A DNA stretch of 64,000 nt, from sequence record OR493421.1. One strand, given 5' to 3'. The translations under genes and the position numbers were made by a program. This document shows, piece by piece, positions 28,301 through 37,911 of the stretch. Under the pieces are notes generated by a model. It had not been told where the DNA came from. It searched no databases and worked only from the letters and a program-made list of their open reading frames with translations. Positions within the stretch are counted from its first letter, which is position 1. Each line of letters begins with the position of its first letter.

Positions 28301-31300
28301 AAGCGGTCGTACTTCGTGGCTTAAACGCGGTGAAATCAGCCGGGTTAAAACTATTTAACTGGCTGGATCCTCTTAACCGATTGAAAGGGATGGGCCAGGG
28401 TATCGCCAATCGAATAACCCAAATGGATGTTTATCGAGTCGGAGAGGATTCCCCTGTTCTGACAAGGAAGGGTTTTGAGAACGGTAAATACTTCAAACGT
28501 TTGAATGGTAGCGTTGTTCCTGTAAAGGGTTGGAGAGATATCGACGGGCCGGTGTATGACGAGAACGGCGACGTTATTATTACCCAAGCCGAATACGAGG
28601 ATGGACTCATTACATCCGGGGGGATGAAAATAGAATCCCTCAAACGTATGACGGGAGTAATGGGTGGTAAACTTCTTGACCTGGGTAGGAAGCTGGGAGA
28701 TCGAGCTAAAGGTTACGGTAAGCGAGCTGGAGATAAGATCAACGATCTTGTAACTGCGGACTATACACCTATTACCAATTCGGTCGATCGTATTTACGCT
28801 CTGCTTTGCCGTAAGTTTGGTTATGACATTAACGACATGCCGGATATCAAGGCTGATATTGTTAATGAAACAAGCCGAATGGGAAACACGGATGATGTCC
28901 GCCTAAACTCCTTAGAAGATAAGGAACGTAAAGCGAAAGCTGAACGTGAATCACGGTATCAAGACGCTATTATCGATCTTGCCGGTCATGGAGAGGGAGA
29001 GAGAGGTTCTGGTTCTCGAGATGGGGAGAAGAAAGAAGGCGGATTCCTTAATGGACTTCTGGGTCTTGTTAAGAACCCCATGGGAACAATTTTGGGCGGA
29101 GTCGTCGGACTTGGCGCTAAACTCTCCAAATTCTTAACCCTTGGGATTACCACTCTGCCTGCTATCGTAGGCGGGTTAACGTCGCTAGCTAAGATCCTTA
29201 CTGTTGGTCTGCTGGGTCGCCGGGCATCTGATGGCGTTGACGATATTGTTGATGCCGCAGGAGGGGCTTCAGGGAGACGTAGAGGAAGAAGAACCAGAGG
29301 CGGTAGGGTAGGTAGAGGAAGAGCATTTAAATTCGGCTTAGCAGGTTTGGCTACCGCTGGATTAGGAATGTATCTCGACTCTACCAATGAAGAGCACGAA
29401 GGCACTAACTGGAAGGATGTAGCGAGCAACACGCTTACTGCAGCCTCAGCAGTATCTTTGGGTTCTAGCGCCATGTCAGCTATGGGGATTAACCTCGGTA
29501 TCGGATCAGCTATTGCTTCTGGTGCGAGTGCTGCCGGGTCGGCTATTGTATCGGGTACAGGTGCTTTGACTACTGCTGTCGCTCCTCTGTTATTTAATCC
29601 AGTAACGTTGGGGATTGGGGCAGTTGCAGGCGCCGGGTATTTGATCTATAAGTATTACGCCAAAGGCAAAGGGTCGCAGTTCAAACTTCGTATGGCTCAA
29701 TATGGTATCAAGGACGTCGAGTCAGATTTAGCCGCTAAGATCAGATCCGCCGAAGAAGCATTACGTGAATATGTCGTCGTAACCGCTGGGGTGGCTTCAA
29801 TAGCTAAATCAGCTCCTCTCGAACAGATATTCCAAAGCTTCATACCTCAAGCCAATGACAAGGGTCAACAGCAGGCTTACTTCACTTGGTTTAATCTTCG
29901 TTTCAAACCTATTTTCCTGACTTACGCTTCTGCGATCGATACCGCGGGGTACAGGGATTTTGAGACGTTCGATAAATCGACCGACGCTAAATTGTACTCT
30001 ACTGTCTCCACCATCAATGACAGAATAGGGACGATCAATCCTTATCCTTATCAGATAGCTGCTCAGTTCGATGAAGCCACACCTATAATGGGTAAAGACC
30101 AAACCATTAATCAGGTTAGGTTGTATTTGGACGAACTGAAAAGCTTTAACGAAAGACACGGAAGAACAGCTGAGGGGATAGAGAAAGAAGGCGTCGTGAC
30201 CATGAAGACCTCCGCCGAACAGGTTGAAAAATCTGAGAAGGCAGGTTGGTGGTCTAGTCTTAAAATGAGAGTGGGTGGGACGTACGAGGATCGTTCTGAT
30301 ATTGAAGAGATCAATAAACGTTATCCGGTAACAAAATCGGTTATGGAAATTAACATCACCGATCTTTTACCAGGGGGAGATAAACCTCTGGCCGGGATAA
30401 CCGCATTGAGATTAGCCGCCTACGGTGATACGGAACACATCCCATGGCGTGTTGAAGCTGTGTTGAAGTTAGAACGGTATTGTGAGGATTACATCAGTGT
30501 AATCGGTAACGACGCTAGATTCACTTCTACCACAGGTGCGGTGTATAACCTCTTTAAGAACTCATTCAGAATAACTGACGACCAAGCTAACCAATGGTGT
30601 ACATGGTTCAGGGATCGTTTCCTCCCAGTCTGTATGGCGTGGGTGAAATACGTGAGGATCATGAGGGGGGTGAAACCAAGCGCGGGTTGGAAGTCCATGA
30701 CTGCCACTAACGCTTTTGATTTCGCAAAAGAGCTTTTAGGGCTCAAAGTGAATATCGGTAAAACCCCGACTTCCGTTTGGGAGGTTAAATGGTCGCCGTT
30801 CCCTAATACAACTTCTGGGTCGATCACACCTCAGGTTAAAGCAATCGTTAATAACCTCGATACCGCCGCGAAGAATGCGAAATTGAATTTTGGCGACAAA
30901 GAAGTTAAAGCTTCTGGAGCTAAAGAAGTCGTTCCGTATACCTCGGCTCACTCAATGGGTGAGGGTGGATTAAATCAGGCTGTTGCGACTGCTGCAATGG
31001 GCGATAACGTCATCGCGGGTGGTCAGCCAGTCATCAACTATAAACCTATTACGGGTAATACCGATACGTCGACAGTTGATCTTTCTGGCGTCACTCCGGT
31101 AGGCGGGTCGGGAGGTGGAGACAAAGGTGTTAGCGTTCCCCAGAAAGCCGCAGAGCAATTAATCATGAAGGAGATGATTAAGGCCGGCTTCACGGATCCT
31201 CGTCTTATTGCTGAAATGTTGGCTTTGGCTAACTTTGAAAGCGGAGGGTTTAAAAATACCGCGGAAAACATGAACTACAAGCCAAGTAGGTTGTTGGAAA

Positions 31301-32178
31301 TTTTCCCAGGTAGAGTGAAGTCCATGGGACAAGCCCAGCAGATCGTAGCTGGAGGCCCTCAGGCCATCGCTAACGCGGTTTATGGTGGTAGGTTGGGTAA
31401 CAGTGGTCCTAACGACGGATGGCTCTACAGAGGTCGTGGGTTCATTCAGCTTACGGGTAAGGATAACTTCAGAGCTGCCTCTCAGTATGTGGGGAAAGAC
31501 CTCGTTAAGAATCCAGAGTTGGTTTCTACCGATCCAGAAGTCATGGCAAAAACCCTGATCTGGTATCTCTCCAACGGTAGTACCGGTAAACGGCTTCAGT
31601 CCATTGTGAAGAACAACTCGTTTGAATATGCCGCTCAAGGACTTAACCCCAATGGCTTGCCTGACATGCCGGCGAGGACAAGACTTTATCAGCAGTATAT
31701 GAAGCGTTTGACTTCTAATGAGCTGACGGTGGATCCTAATGCTGGGACAGGACCTTCATCTTCTGGAGAAACTGTTCCGAGTTCGGTTTCCTCTGTCAGT
31801 CCTGACGCCAAACCACCTACGATGAAATCGGAGAATGTAGGAACGGCCAACAGCGTCGCGGCAGTTTCAGCGATTGCTTCTCCATCGGTTAATCAAGGAC
31901 CTAAACCTATCGGAGCTGTGCCTTCTACCCCGGTGAGTGAGGGATCGGTCGCGTACAAATCCGATCCAGCTAACCCACTTAATCGTGTTAAGGTCCCCAC
32001 TGAGCAAAGTACTTCTGCGCCGCCAACTCCGTTGGCTAAACCGGTTCAGCAACCCGATCCGGTCGCAACGGCTCAAGTTCAGGCCCAAGGAAGAACTAAC
32101 GATTTACTCGCTCAATTGCTTAAAGAAATCCAGAACCAGAAAGCTCCGGATCCTAGGATGGGGTATACGAGCAAATAA
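25372..32178 (+). CDS. tape measure / tail lysin with C-terminal GH19 lysozyme-like domain (phiKZ gp181-like)
   Basis: 2268 aa, Gly/Ala-rich hydrophobic segments, FES and YRGRGFIQLTG motifs; divergent from vRNAP genes. Confidence 0.88.
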   Translation: MAKDDFDDWGDDPFAGDIDFDFDFDNAPKKGFFASMGSGFLSELHSGTIGSSEGRLRTAKMLLPKSFGTVFDLKREFDWKKQEILSEVKAGSKDMVEDLQAIAQMTLDRHGDKVPNKIAQGLETFSNKDFSHWDQGGYTPSDPSMGEVDEDGLAGFISGVTAQQTGTMVGIGRAINNMTAVVGGRQLAQQQATNSLLGGISTTLQGILRYQNKIQAKNDAVKINLLARMHLTNAKYYKFMEASMHRQIDELKKITLNSGKSDYEKTSLAMAAKGRLRDSIFSTIGRRSGGVMGYLSETFGKEAREGMLSSLSGMVGAGRMGMEMSEGMGLNMGTIIGQMLANEVIERGPAFFKSGQGAKLINKLATLYPKEAKNIRRQYRKLEQLGSVLSYAGTNAAGLAGTILRNNANYEEDFSTYDDYLDSLAPGEKQLSERAWRLKQKGKNFLGNRLNDLSFNINDSRGKQYELKKRNLMDLTQPSYWSSQSDRTLNEIIPGWFAKLHLSLEKIRTGNDNLKEERFDYRSGKFLSHKQTQNAVKRNLLNGREFSGLASGTSDMVSAIDKNGTLSPEAKRFLSYRLARDVDQDKGFNPFNYFGMEDEDGLTPSIRKEIEQVMRGSFRLTDQHIEAAKKSGLAGIKAQLNMPTAKSKRLAADLSLRAKNLKGYLPNISQQIDLLRNAGYDPLLREMNLINSENGSDFFNTDAIWDRLKSELNGNEGLIEEDDVGPLPTRGGMGGGNSKTIINNRRGLSGKDSGKLVTALSELTEQLKLGIPGRQDGNALSPEQVKSLTDSVMGIRDINQEQLEVLKQILSRQPAEVNKPKTDAEDAADTAQKKTILDRIKSLGGIKDIFSAGMDKLLAHEPLMLGGMLGGLAGLAIHDPKTAALIGGGAAAWALYTKVRSMADARDVSDDEDIYDGESEDPILEARKLRARQYYDKVLKKIITSWKEIKGSIVDLGTKVVISAKRLSGKLFSAEGKAVVLRGLNAVKSAGLKLFNWLDPLNRLKGMGQGIANRITQMDVYRVGEDSPVLTRKGFENGKYFKRLNGSVVPVKGWRDIDGPVYDENGDVIITQAEYEDGLITSGGMKIESLKRMTGVMGGKLLDLGRKLGDRAKGYGKRAGDKINDLVTADYTPITNSVDRIYALLCRKFGYDINDMPDIKADIVNETSRMGNTDDVRLNSLEDKERKAKAERESRYQDAIIDLAGHGEGERGSGSRDGEKKEGGFLNGLLGLVKNPMGTILGGVVGLGAKLSKFLTLGITTLPAIVGGLTSLAKILTVGLLGRRASDGVDDIVDAAGGASGRRRGRRTRGGRVGRGRAFKFGLAGLATAGLGMYLDSTNEEHEGTNWKDVASNTLTAASAVSLGSSAMSAMGINLGIGSAIASGASAAGSAIVSGTGALTTAVAPLLFNPVTLGIGAVAGAGYLIYKYYAKGKGSQFKLRMAQYGIKDVESDLAAKIRSAEEALREYVVVTAGVASIAKSAPLEQIFQSFIPQANDKGQQQAYFTWFNLRFKPIFLTYASAIDTAGYRDFETFDKSTDAKLYSTVSTINDRIGTINPYPYQIAAQFDEATPIMGKDQTINQVRLYLDELKSFNERHGRTAEGIEKEGVVTMKTSAEQVEKSEKAGWWSSLKMRVGGTYEDRSDIEEINKRYPVTKSVMEINITDLLPGGDKPLAGITALRLAAYGDTEHIPWRVEAVLKLERYCEDYISVIGNDARFTSTTGAVYNLFKNSFRITDDQANQWCTWFRDRFLPVCMAWVKYVRIMRGVKPSAGWKSMTATNAFDFAKELLGLKVNIGKTPTSVWEVKWSPFPNTTSGSITPQVKAIVNNLDTAAKNAKLNFGDKEVKASGAKEVVPYTSAHSMGEGGLNQAVATAAMGDNVIAGGQPVINYKPITGNTDTSTVDLSGVTPVGGSGGGDKGVSVPQKAAEQLIMKEMIKAGFTDPRLIAEMLALANFESGGFKNTAENMNYKPSRLLEIFPGRVKSMGQAQQIVAGGPQAIANAVYGGRLGNSGPNDGWLYRGRGFIQLTGKDNFRAASQYVGKDLVKNPELVSTDPEVMAKTLIWYLSNGSTGKRLQSIVKNNSFEYAAQGLNPNGLPDMPARTRLYQQYMKRLTSNELTVDPNAGTGPSSSGETVPSSVSSVSPDAKPPTMKSENVGTANSVAAVSAIASPSVNQGPKPIGAVPSTPVSEGSVAYKSDPANPLNRVKVPTEQSTSAPPTPLAKPVQQPDPVATAQVQAQGRTNDLLAQLLKEIQNQKAPDPRMGYTSK

Positions 32179-32184
32179 CCATAC

Positions 32185-32204
32185 GGTGGGGCGAAAGCCC
32201 CACC
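32185..32204 (+). promoter_or_regulatory. GNRA-capped hairpin between TMP and the next gene
   Basis: ggtggggc-gaaa-gccccacc with no U-tract. Confidence 0.5.
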
Positions 32205-32220
32205 AATCAGGAGACACGGC

Positions 32221-34371
32221 GTGGCTAACAGCATATCTTTACGAGATAGAAATCTCATCGCTAAGTCTTTCAAATTAATGTGCACTGGGATAGATAACGT
32301 CACTATCCGAGATCACCTTAACAAAGACCTTTATTACAACTTTTTCAGTAGCGCCATTGGGGATAACCGGTACATCAACCCAGTTCCTCAATTTGGTCCA
32401 GCGACAGACCCGCGTTATTCCCAATTTTTGTCTTCCTCATACGGCGGGATGGGAACGCAATATAAGAAGATCTATGACGATAATGCGTCTCTTCTTACCA
32501 TCACTGTTGGGGTTCCGGAATTCACAGGGATATTGACTTTCTTAGAACGCATGTTCGACCCAGTAGCAGCTATTCAGGCTAATAAAGGTCGTAGCCCCAG
32601 CCTGGCGTTTTATTTCGGTCAGGGGTTAGGGACTTTGGCATTCTGGCCCATCCAGCTGATCAGTATCGGGATGACGTTCTTAGACTTCCTCATGGATACC
32701 CCGCGCAATCAGTATTATTACGTGAAGCCTAGCATGGGGATGTACCTGACTGCAGCTAATAACTTCTTAAACGACGTTGCTACAGCTCAAGGATTTATAA
32801 AACCCGTTCTTGCTATTAAGAAACCGCCAGGAGCACCTATCAATGGTGTTGACCCAGAAGAAGCCGGGAATTACTATAATGAAATAGCGCGATTAAACGC
32901 ATTATTTCCGGACTGTATTAACGACGACGGAACAATAGACGTTATTCGACTGGTCTCACTAGGGACGAGGAAATATCGGAAGTTCTTATCCGAAATTGAG
33001 AAGCTCAACGAACGTACCATTAACTCCGCCCAGGAAAAATACGATGCGATGGCAGATATTGCCAAAAACATCCAGTTCAATGCTGAAACTCTCTCTGGGA
33101 AACAGTATGGTGTCAATGAGTTGATGCAAAAGGAATTGAACACCACCGGTAAATATCGTGCTAAAGAAGAAGGGTATTACCCGGAGAAAGCCTCGGCGTT
33201 TACCGATCAAGACGCTTACACGAGCATACTCCCGCAAGCAATTACCACGGATACGACCGGGACAGGGACGGCGACTGCCGCACCATCTGATGCTTCGTCA
33301 ATGAATACTGACGGAAGTGGAACGACCACCACGGCCTCTTCTGGGCAAGGTGAGTTCTCCTCTGCTTCGGAGAGCCTGGAATCCGTTACGGCGAGATTAA
33401 CTGCGGCTACGGATAATGTCACTGACTCTTCGTGGGCGGGACAAGTTGCTGATCTCGTTAAAACATCTTGGTACGGCGGTCTAGATGCTATTACTTGGCG
33501 AGTAGAACATTTAGGTGAGGTAACGGATAACTTCTCTAACTCTGCCACTCAGTCAGCCGTAGCGGATAAATTCAACAGTATGTCAAAAGCGGCTAACGAT
33601 CTTCGTTTTGATTTAGCCGGAGGTATGACAGGGGTAGGTGTTGTTGACGGCGTTATTAGTGGTTTGAAAGAAGTTGCCATGGGTGGTATTAACTCCATAG
33701 GGATCGCTAACATTCCCATGGCGTTAATGAACAACTCTTATATCAACATTCCGGATCACTGGGCCGAATCGTCAGCAAACCTACATAAAGAAACTTATCG
33801 TTTCTATTTTGAGGCAACTTATGCACACCCTTATTCACAGCTGATGAATATCTGGGTTCCGCTATCATTATTGATGCCGATCATTCTGCCGTTAAGCGCA
33901 GGTCCTTCAGCTCACACATCACCCTTCCTGTGTAAGATCTTTTCTAAGAGTCGTGCCATCATGAGAACATGTATGGTCGATTCAGCAACGATCTCCTTTG
34001 GACAAGGCGTTGGTGGTTGGAAGAAAGACCGTAAACCGTTGAACTGTACTGTTGATATCTCCTTTGTCGATTTAGAGAAACATGTCTCGCTTCCTATCTC
34101 CAGGGCAGTCTCTTTACTCGATATGACGAACCCTGCCGAAGCAGTTAACAGGATGTTGATCGACACTGGGAAATATACTGACTACATTACGAGATTATCC
34201 GGGTCGGATTACCTTGATACCGTTTTAAGATGGAACAAATTATCAAGGAGATTAACCACGGCTAAGAACTCGATAAGTCAGTCTGTTTCTGCGGGTAATA
34301 TCGCGGGTATTGTGAACGACTCGATCCTAAATGATGTCGGACGACTTTTCCACCAACAATTCCCAAGATAA
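32221..34371 (+). CDS. baseplate/tail structural protein (phiKZ gp182-like)
   Basis: 716 aa after TMP, GTG start with AGGAG, INPVPQF motif. Confidence 0.7.
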   Translation: MANSISLRDRNLIAKSFKLMCTGIDNVTIRDHLNKDLYYNFFSSAIGDNRYINPVPQFGPATDPRYSQFLSSSYGGMGTQYKKIYDDNASLLTITVGVPEFTGILTFLERMFDPVAAIQANKGRSPSLAFYFGQGLGTLAFWPIQLISIGMTFLDFLMDTPRNQYYYVKPSMGMYLTAANNFLNDVATAQGFIKPVLAIKKPPGAPINGVDPEEAGNYYNEIARLNALFPDCINDDGTIDVIRLVSLGTRKYRKFLSEIEKLNERTINSAQEKYDAMADIAKNIQFNAETLSGKQYGVNELMQKELNTTGKYRAKEEGYYPEKASAFTDQDAYTSILPQAITTDTTGTGTATAAPSDASSMNTDGSGTTTTASSGQGEFSSASESLESVTARLTAATDNVTDSSWAGQVADLVKTSWYGGLDAITWRVEHLGEVTDNFSNSATQSAVADKFNSMSKAANDLRFDLAGGMTGVGVVDGVISGLKEVAMGGINSIGIANIPMALMNNSYINIPDHWAESSANLHKETYRFYFEATYAHPYSQLMNIWVPLSLLMPIILPLSAGPSAHTSPFLCKIFSKSRAIMRTCMVDSATISFGQGVGGWKKDRKPLNCTVDISFVDLEKHVSLPISRAVSLLDMTNPAEAVNRMLIDTGKYTDYITRLSGSDYLDTVLRWNKLSRRLTTAKNSISQSVSAGNIAGIVNDSILNDVGRLFHQQFPR

Positions 34372-34386
34372 AAAAATGATCTAATT

Positions 34387-34421
34387 ATAACTACCGTCTC
34401 CCAAAGGGAGACGGTAGTTAT
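34387..34421. terminator. bidirectional terminator
   Basis: ataactaccgtctccc-aaa-gggagacggtagttat between convergent genes. Confidence 0.85.
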
Positions 34422-35540
34422 TTAACTTATCGGGGTTTGTGGAAAGTTGGTTAAGAAGGCTTTACGTGCGGTCATCTCTTTAAAGAAACCTTTGCAAGCC
34501 ACTAATGCAAAGAGTTCAGCGTCTTCCATCCAAATATCTCTGACGCTACTTGAGAGCTTAGAAGCGATAAGTAAATTAGGAACCCAACCTAATGAGGTGT
34601 AAACCTTCCACCAATTCACTCCCCCAAAGAGAACCAAAATGGTTTTCAGCTGTTCGGAGATAGCTGGGTAATCCGAAACATCTTGAGAATCCAGAGGTTT
34701 ATATTTACTTAACAGGGTTTCGGCAGCATTGGGATAGGTGGAACCAATGGTGAGTTTCGCTCCGCTGTTAGTAATCAACCCTAAGAGATTTTCAATTGAA
34801 GTCAGATCGCCGTTAGCAAGGGCGTTACCTATTGCTGAGACAACTGCCTTATCGGCTTCGGTTTTATCCGTGATCTTGTTATAAAGATCGGCGTAGGAAG
34901 AAGTCAATCCACTGGAAACGGCTTGTGCTAAGAGGGTGCTGTATACCGCGGTGGAAACTGAACTATCGTAAGAATCCTGAAGATCGCCTACTGACAGCTT
35001 GCCCAACGCTGCGATGATGGCTTGGGAAGACGGATTATTATTACTCTGAGTGATGGTGAGGAATTCGCCACCGCTACTAACCGTATTGGATTTGTACCCG
35101 CTCGCTCTTACCTTCGAGTTGATGCTACTGACGAAGATGTTGCTGAACCGATCTAAGAACCCGTCGATATTACTGACGTTAGTCCCCAGTATGGATTTGA
35201 GATCATCACCAATGTTAGCGAGATTAGTCAGGCTGGTGTAAGCCCCTATGACCATACTCACTAATTCATTAATGGTGAAGTATCCATCTTGAAGGGTGCC
35301 GATAATACTGTTAGCGACACCCATGACGTCAGATTTAAATCCTGTTACCGCTTGGTTAAACTTAGTGTCCATGTTGTTTAACAGGGCGATGCCGTCTTTA
35401 ATCCTTGCGGTACTAGAGCTGATAGGGTTAAGGACGCTACCTTTTAAATCGGCGAGTTTAGTATCCGCCTCTTTTTTAATGTCGGATACGGGAGAATTAA
35501 AATCGATGTTGTCAAAAATACTACTGGGATTTAAATCCAT
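34422..35540 (-). CDS. hypothetical, probably virion protein
   Basis: 372-aa Ser/Asn-rich helical ORF. Confidence 0.6.
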   Translation of the reverse strand: MDLNPSSIFDNIDFNSPVSDIKKEADTKLADLKGSVLNPISSSTARIKDGIALLNNMDTKFNQAVTGFKSDVMGVANSIIGTLQDGYFTINELVSMVIGAYTSLTNLANIGDDLKSILGTNVSNIDGFLDRFSNIFVSSINSKVRASGYKSNTVSSGGEFLTITQSNNNPSSQAIIAALGKLSVGDLQDSYDSSVSTAVYSTLLAQAVSSGLTSSYADLYNKITDKTEADKAVVSAIGNALANGDLTSIENLLGLITNSGAKLTIGSTYPNAAETLLSKYKPLDSQDVSDYPAISEQLKTILVLFGGVNWWKVYTSLGWVPNLLIASKLSSSVRDIWMEDAELFALVACKGFFKEMTARKAFLTNFPQTPIS

Positions 35541-35573
35541 GACGATATCCTAAAAAAATAAATAATAGGGTTA

Positions 35574-35601
35574 AATACTCCTACCCTAAGGTAGGAGTAT
35601 T
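35574..35601. terminator. intrinsic terminator
   Basis: aatactcctacc-ctaa-ggtaggagtatt. Confidence 0.75.
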
Positions 35602-35613
35602 CGGGCTATAAGA

Positions 35614-36042
35614 TTAGTCGTCTTTTTTATCGTCGGGGCTGCTGATGATTCTCACAGTTTCTGAGACCTCGGTCATGTTACCTTTCTTATCATAGACCCG
35701 TAGGATAACTTCCACTTTGCTCATTCTCAGGATACTTAAACCCTCGATAAGTTTGCTGAAAGTCAGTGTGGGGTTCTTAAAGTAAGTGTCTTTAATATTC
35801 CCCATTGTGTAGGAACGTCTTTTTCTGATTTCAGCCTCGTCCTCTCCCGTCACGGTCCACTTAACATATTCGTTCATAAGCAAACAGAGCTTGTCAACAT
35901 TCATGTTAAGTTTACGTAAAAGCTTACGGAATAACCTTGCGGGCTCGTCGGCCAGATCACTGTCGGCACATGAGTTATTGGACAACTTAGAGATTTCAAG
36001 TTCTACGGGATGTTTAGTGGGCTTCTTCAACCGAGCCTCCAA
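35614..36042 (-). CDS. hypothetical basic protein, possibly DNA-binding
   Basis: 142 aa; TLTFSKLIEGLSIL resembles the last helix of XRE domains. Confidence 0.6.
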   Translation of the reverse strand: MEARLKKPTKHPVELEISKLSNNSCADSDLADEPARLFRKLLRKLNMNVDKLCLLMNEYVKWTVTGEDEAEIRKRRSYTMGNIKDTYFKNPTLTFSKLIEGLSILRMSKVEVILRVYDKKGNMTEVSETVRIISSPDDKKDD

Positions 36043-36607
36043 AATGATGTGAGAGTAACACTTCCAACATGCTGATATAGTCTTCGACCATATACCTTAG
36101 CTGAACAGAACTAAAGAACCGGATCTCGATATTCGTAAATCCGGTTATATCTTCATTCTGTTGAAATGTACTCTGGTTGTTAAGTTGGTGGAAAAGGATT
36201 ATTTTAGGTAGAAGTTTTAAAAACAATTCGTTAAGTGCGATAGCGCTTTCCTCTCCAGAGTACCAATGAAGAAAGGGCCTTTCAGTACCCACGCTATTTA
36301 AACGTTGTACCGCATCCATATATTCTGCTTGGTTGGATAAAACTGACGTTTTTAAAAGGTGGAACATGTCTAACGAACTCAGCGATCTAACCTTAACTGT
36401 GTTACGTTGTAACTTTTTATAATCATTGTATTCCAGCTCAGGAAGTGTCTTAATTAAATCGTATAGAAGAGACAACGGTTTATCTAAGCTTCGCATGTTC
36501 TTAGGAAGAAAACCTTCCCTGATGCGTTCTATGACGTCTAACGGGGTATCTGCCTTACCTATCGATTTGCTTTTAAACCCCAGCCAGTTGAAAAATTTCT
36601 TAAGCAT
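36014..36607 (-). CDS. hypothetical protein
   Basis: 197-aa ORF overlapping the next gene. Confidence 0.65.
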   Translation of the reverse strand: MLKKFFNWLGFKSKSIGKADTPLDVIERIREGFLPKNMRSLDKPLSLLYDLIKTLPELEYNDYKKLQRNTVKVRSLSSLDMFHLLKTSVLSNQAEYMDAVQRLNSVGTERPFLHWYSGEESAIALNELFLKLLPKIILFHQLNNQSTFQQNEDITGFTNIEIRFFSSVQLRYMVEDYISMLEVLLSHHFGGSVEEAH

Positions 36608-36656
36608 GTTAACGTTCCCTAAGGGCTAAAAACATTTTATTTATTCCACTACTCAG

Positions 36657-36664
36657 ATAATGTA
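36657..36664 (-). promoter_or_regulatory. early promoter variant TACATTAT
   Basis: Same variant as at 52105; T-tract upstream. Confidence 0.45.
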
Positions 36665-36677
36665 GGTTTAAAAAATT

Positions 36678-37172
36678 ATGATGGACGAAAAAGCACCCGT
36701 TCAGATACGGATAGAAAAGGTGATGTCTGCAATCAATGCTGCTCTCCATCCGACTGACGAAGATATTGAACAGACCCAGCTCATTCAGGCGGTGCAGTCG
36801 CACCGTAGTATGATACTGGATATCGCCTCTATGGCTTACTCCAATAAACCCGGCGACCCTAAACTACTGGAAGCGATTTCTTCTTTGTTAACTCAGTTGG
36901 AAAAATCAGTTCGAGATGACAGAAAAGAACGCGCGAAGAAAAAAGAGAATGAAGACAACAAAGTTTCATTCAAACAAATGGTCGACGCACTTCAGTCATT
37001 AAGCACTGGCGAATTAAAACTTCCTAGTTTCGCACCAGGCCAACCTACCTTCCTGGATCCCAATGTTCCACTTTCACAACTCGCCGATATCGGCAGGATC
37101 AAAGACAAAGAACTTGATATGGGTGCCATATCAGTTGACTTTGAAGGTGAAATTGTTAAGCCGTCAGTATAA
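36678..37172 (+). CDS. hypothetical helical protein, candidate small terminase subunit
   Basis: 164 aa; MILDIA...DPKLLEAISSLLTQL resembles the T4 gp16 core as remembered. Confidence 0.45.
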   Translation: MMDEKAPVQIRIEKVMSAINAALHPTDEDIEQTQLIQAVQSHRSMILDIASMAYSNKPGDPKLLEAISSLLTQLEKSVRDDRKERAKKKENEDNKVSFKQMVDALQSLSTGELKLPSFAPGQPTFLDPNVPLSQLADIGRIKDKELDMGAISVDFEGEIVKPSV

Positions 37173-37177
37173 AATGG

Positions 37178-37200
37178 GAGAGAGGGCATTGCCCTCTCTC
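37178..37200. terminator. bidirectional terminator
   Basis: gagagagggc-att-gccctctctc between convergent genes. Confidence 0.75.
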
Positions 37201-37203
37201 CTG

Positions 37204-37902
37204 TTATTCCATGTAATCATAAACGCTATGCCGGACGCAAAGTAATGTAAGCGCTGGCGCAAGTACCACACTAAAACTTTCAACGAGTTCTTCAGGAGAA
37301 CAAACGATCCCGTTGTCCGGCTGCTTAACGTAAAGATCCGGTACGAAGAACTTCGTGTCTTTAATAGGAGTTTTCGCTAAGGATTCCATGAACGTTTTAG
37401 AATCTTTACCGATCAGGATGTCGTATTTAAAAACGTTATCGAAGTTTTTGAAATACCTTGCGTCCAGTTCGGTAGGAGGCTTGGAAACAAAAGTGAGTTC
37501 ATTTTTGAAAACCAAAGCTTGTTTGATATTCTTTTCTAACTCGTTAACCAAATCTTCGTCAAGATCGTAGGGATAAAGATTAATGGTGATGTTGACGACG
37601 TTTAAAGCGATTGGTTTACCGACCAGTTGTTCGCTATCCAGTACTAACAGCAGGAGCTTGCTCAGTACTTGAGTCGGTTTGATGTTGGTGAACAAAGACA
37701 GGTCTCTTTTGTCATAAGCCTGTTCGTAAATGGATTGGGTTATCCCGAGTTCTTTTCGTTCGAATAGATCCAGCTTACGTTCTTTATACTGCTTGGCGTA
37801 AACACCTTCCCAGGTTTCATTACTAGGGAGGAGTGATTCCAAAGTCGCACGCCGGGAATCAAAAAGTGAATCGAGTTCGGTGTAAACGTTAAGCGTGTTC
37901 AT
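37204..37902 (-). CDS. conserved hypothetical protein, possible degenerate HAD fold
   Basis: N-terminal VYTELDSLFD resembles HAD motif I with Asp replaced by Glu. Confidence 0.6.
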   Translation of the reverse strand: MNTLNVYTELDSLFDSRRATLESLLPSNETWEGVYAKQYKERKLDLFERKELGITQSIYEQAYDKRDLSLFTNIKPTQVLSKLLLLVLDSEQLVGKPIALNVVNITINLYPYDLDEDLVNELEKNIKQALVFKNELTFVSKPPTELDARYFKNFDNVFKYDILIGKDSKTFMESLAKTPIKDTKFFVPDLYVKQPDNGIVCSPEELVESFSVVLAPALTLLCVRHSVYDYME

Positions 37903-37911
37903 GAGAATCCT

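Noticed and set aside
29260-29330. RG-rich stretch in the tape measure as an RNA-binding module
   Set aside because: Short basic linkers before hydrophobic segments are ordinary in tape measure proteins.
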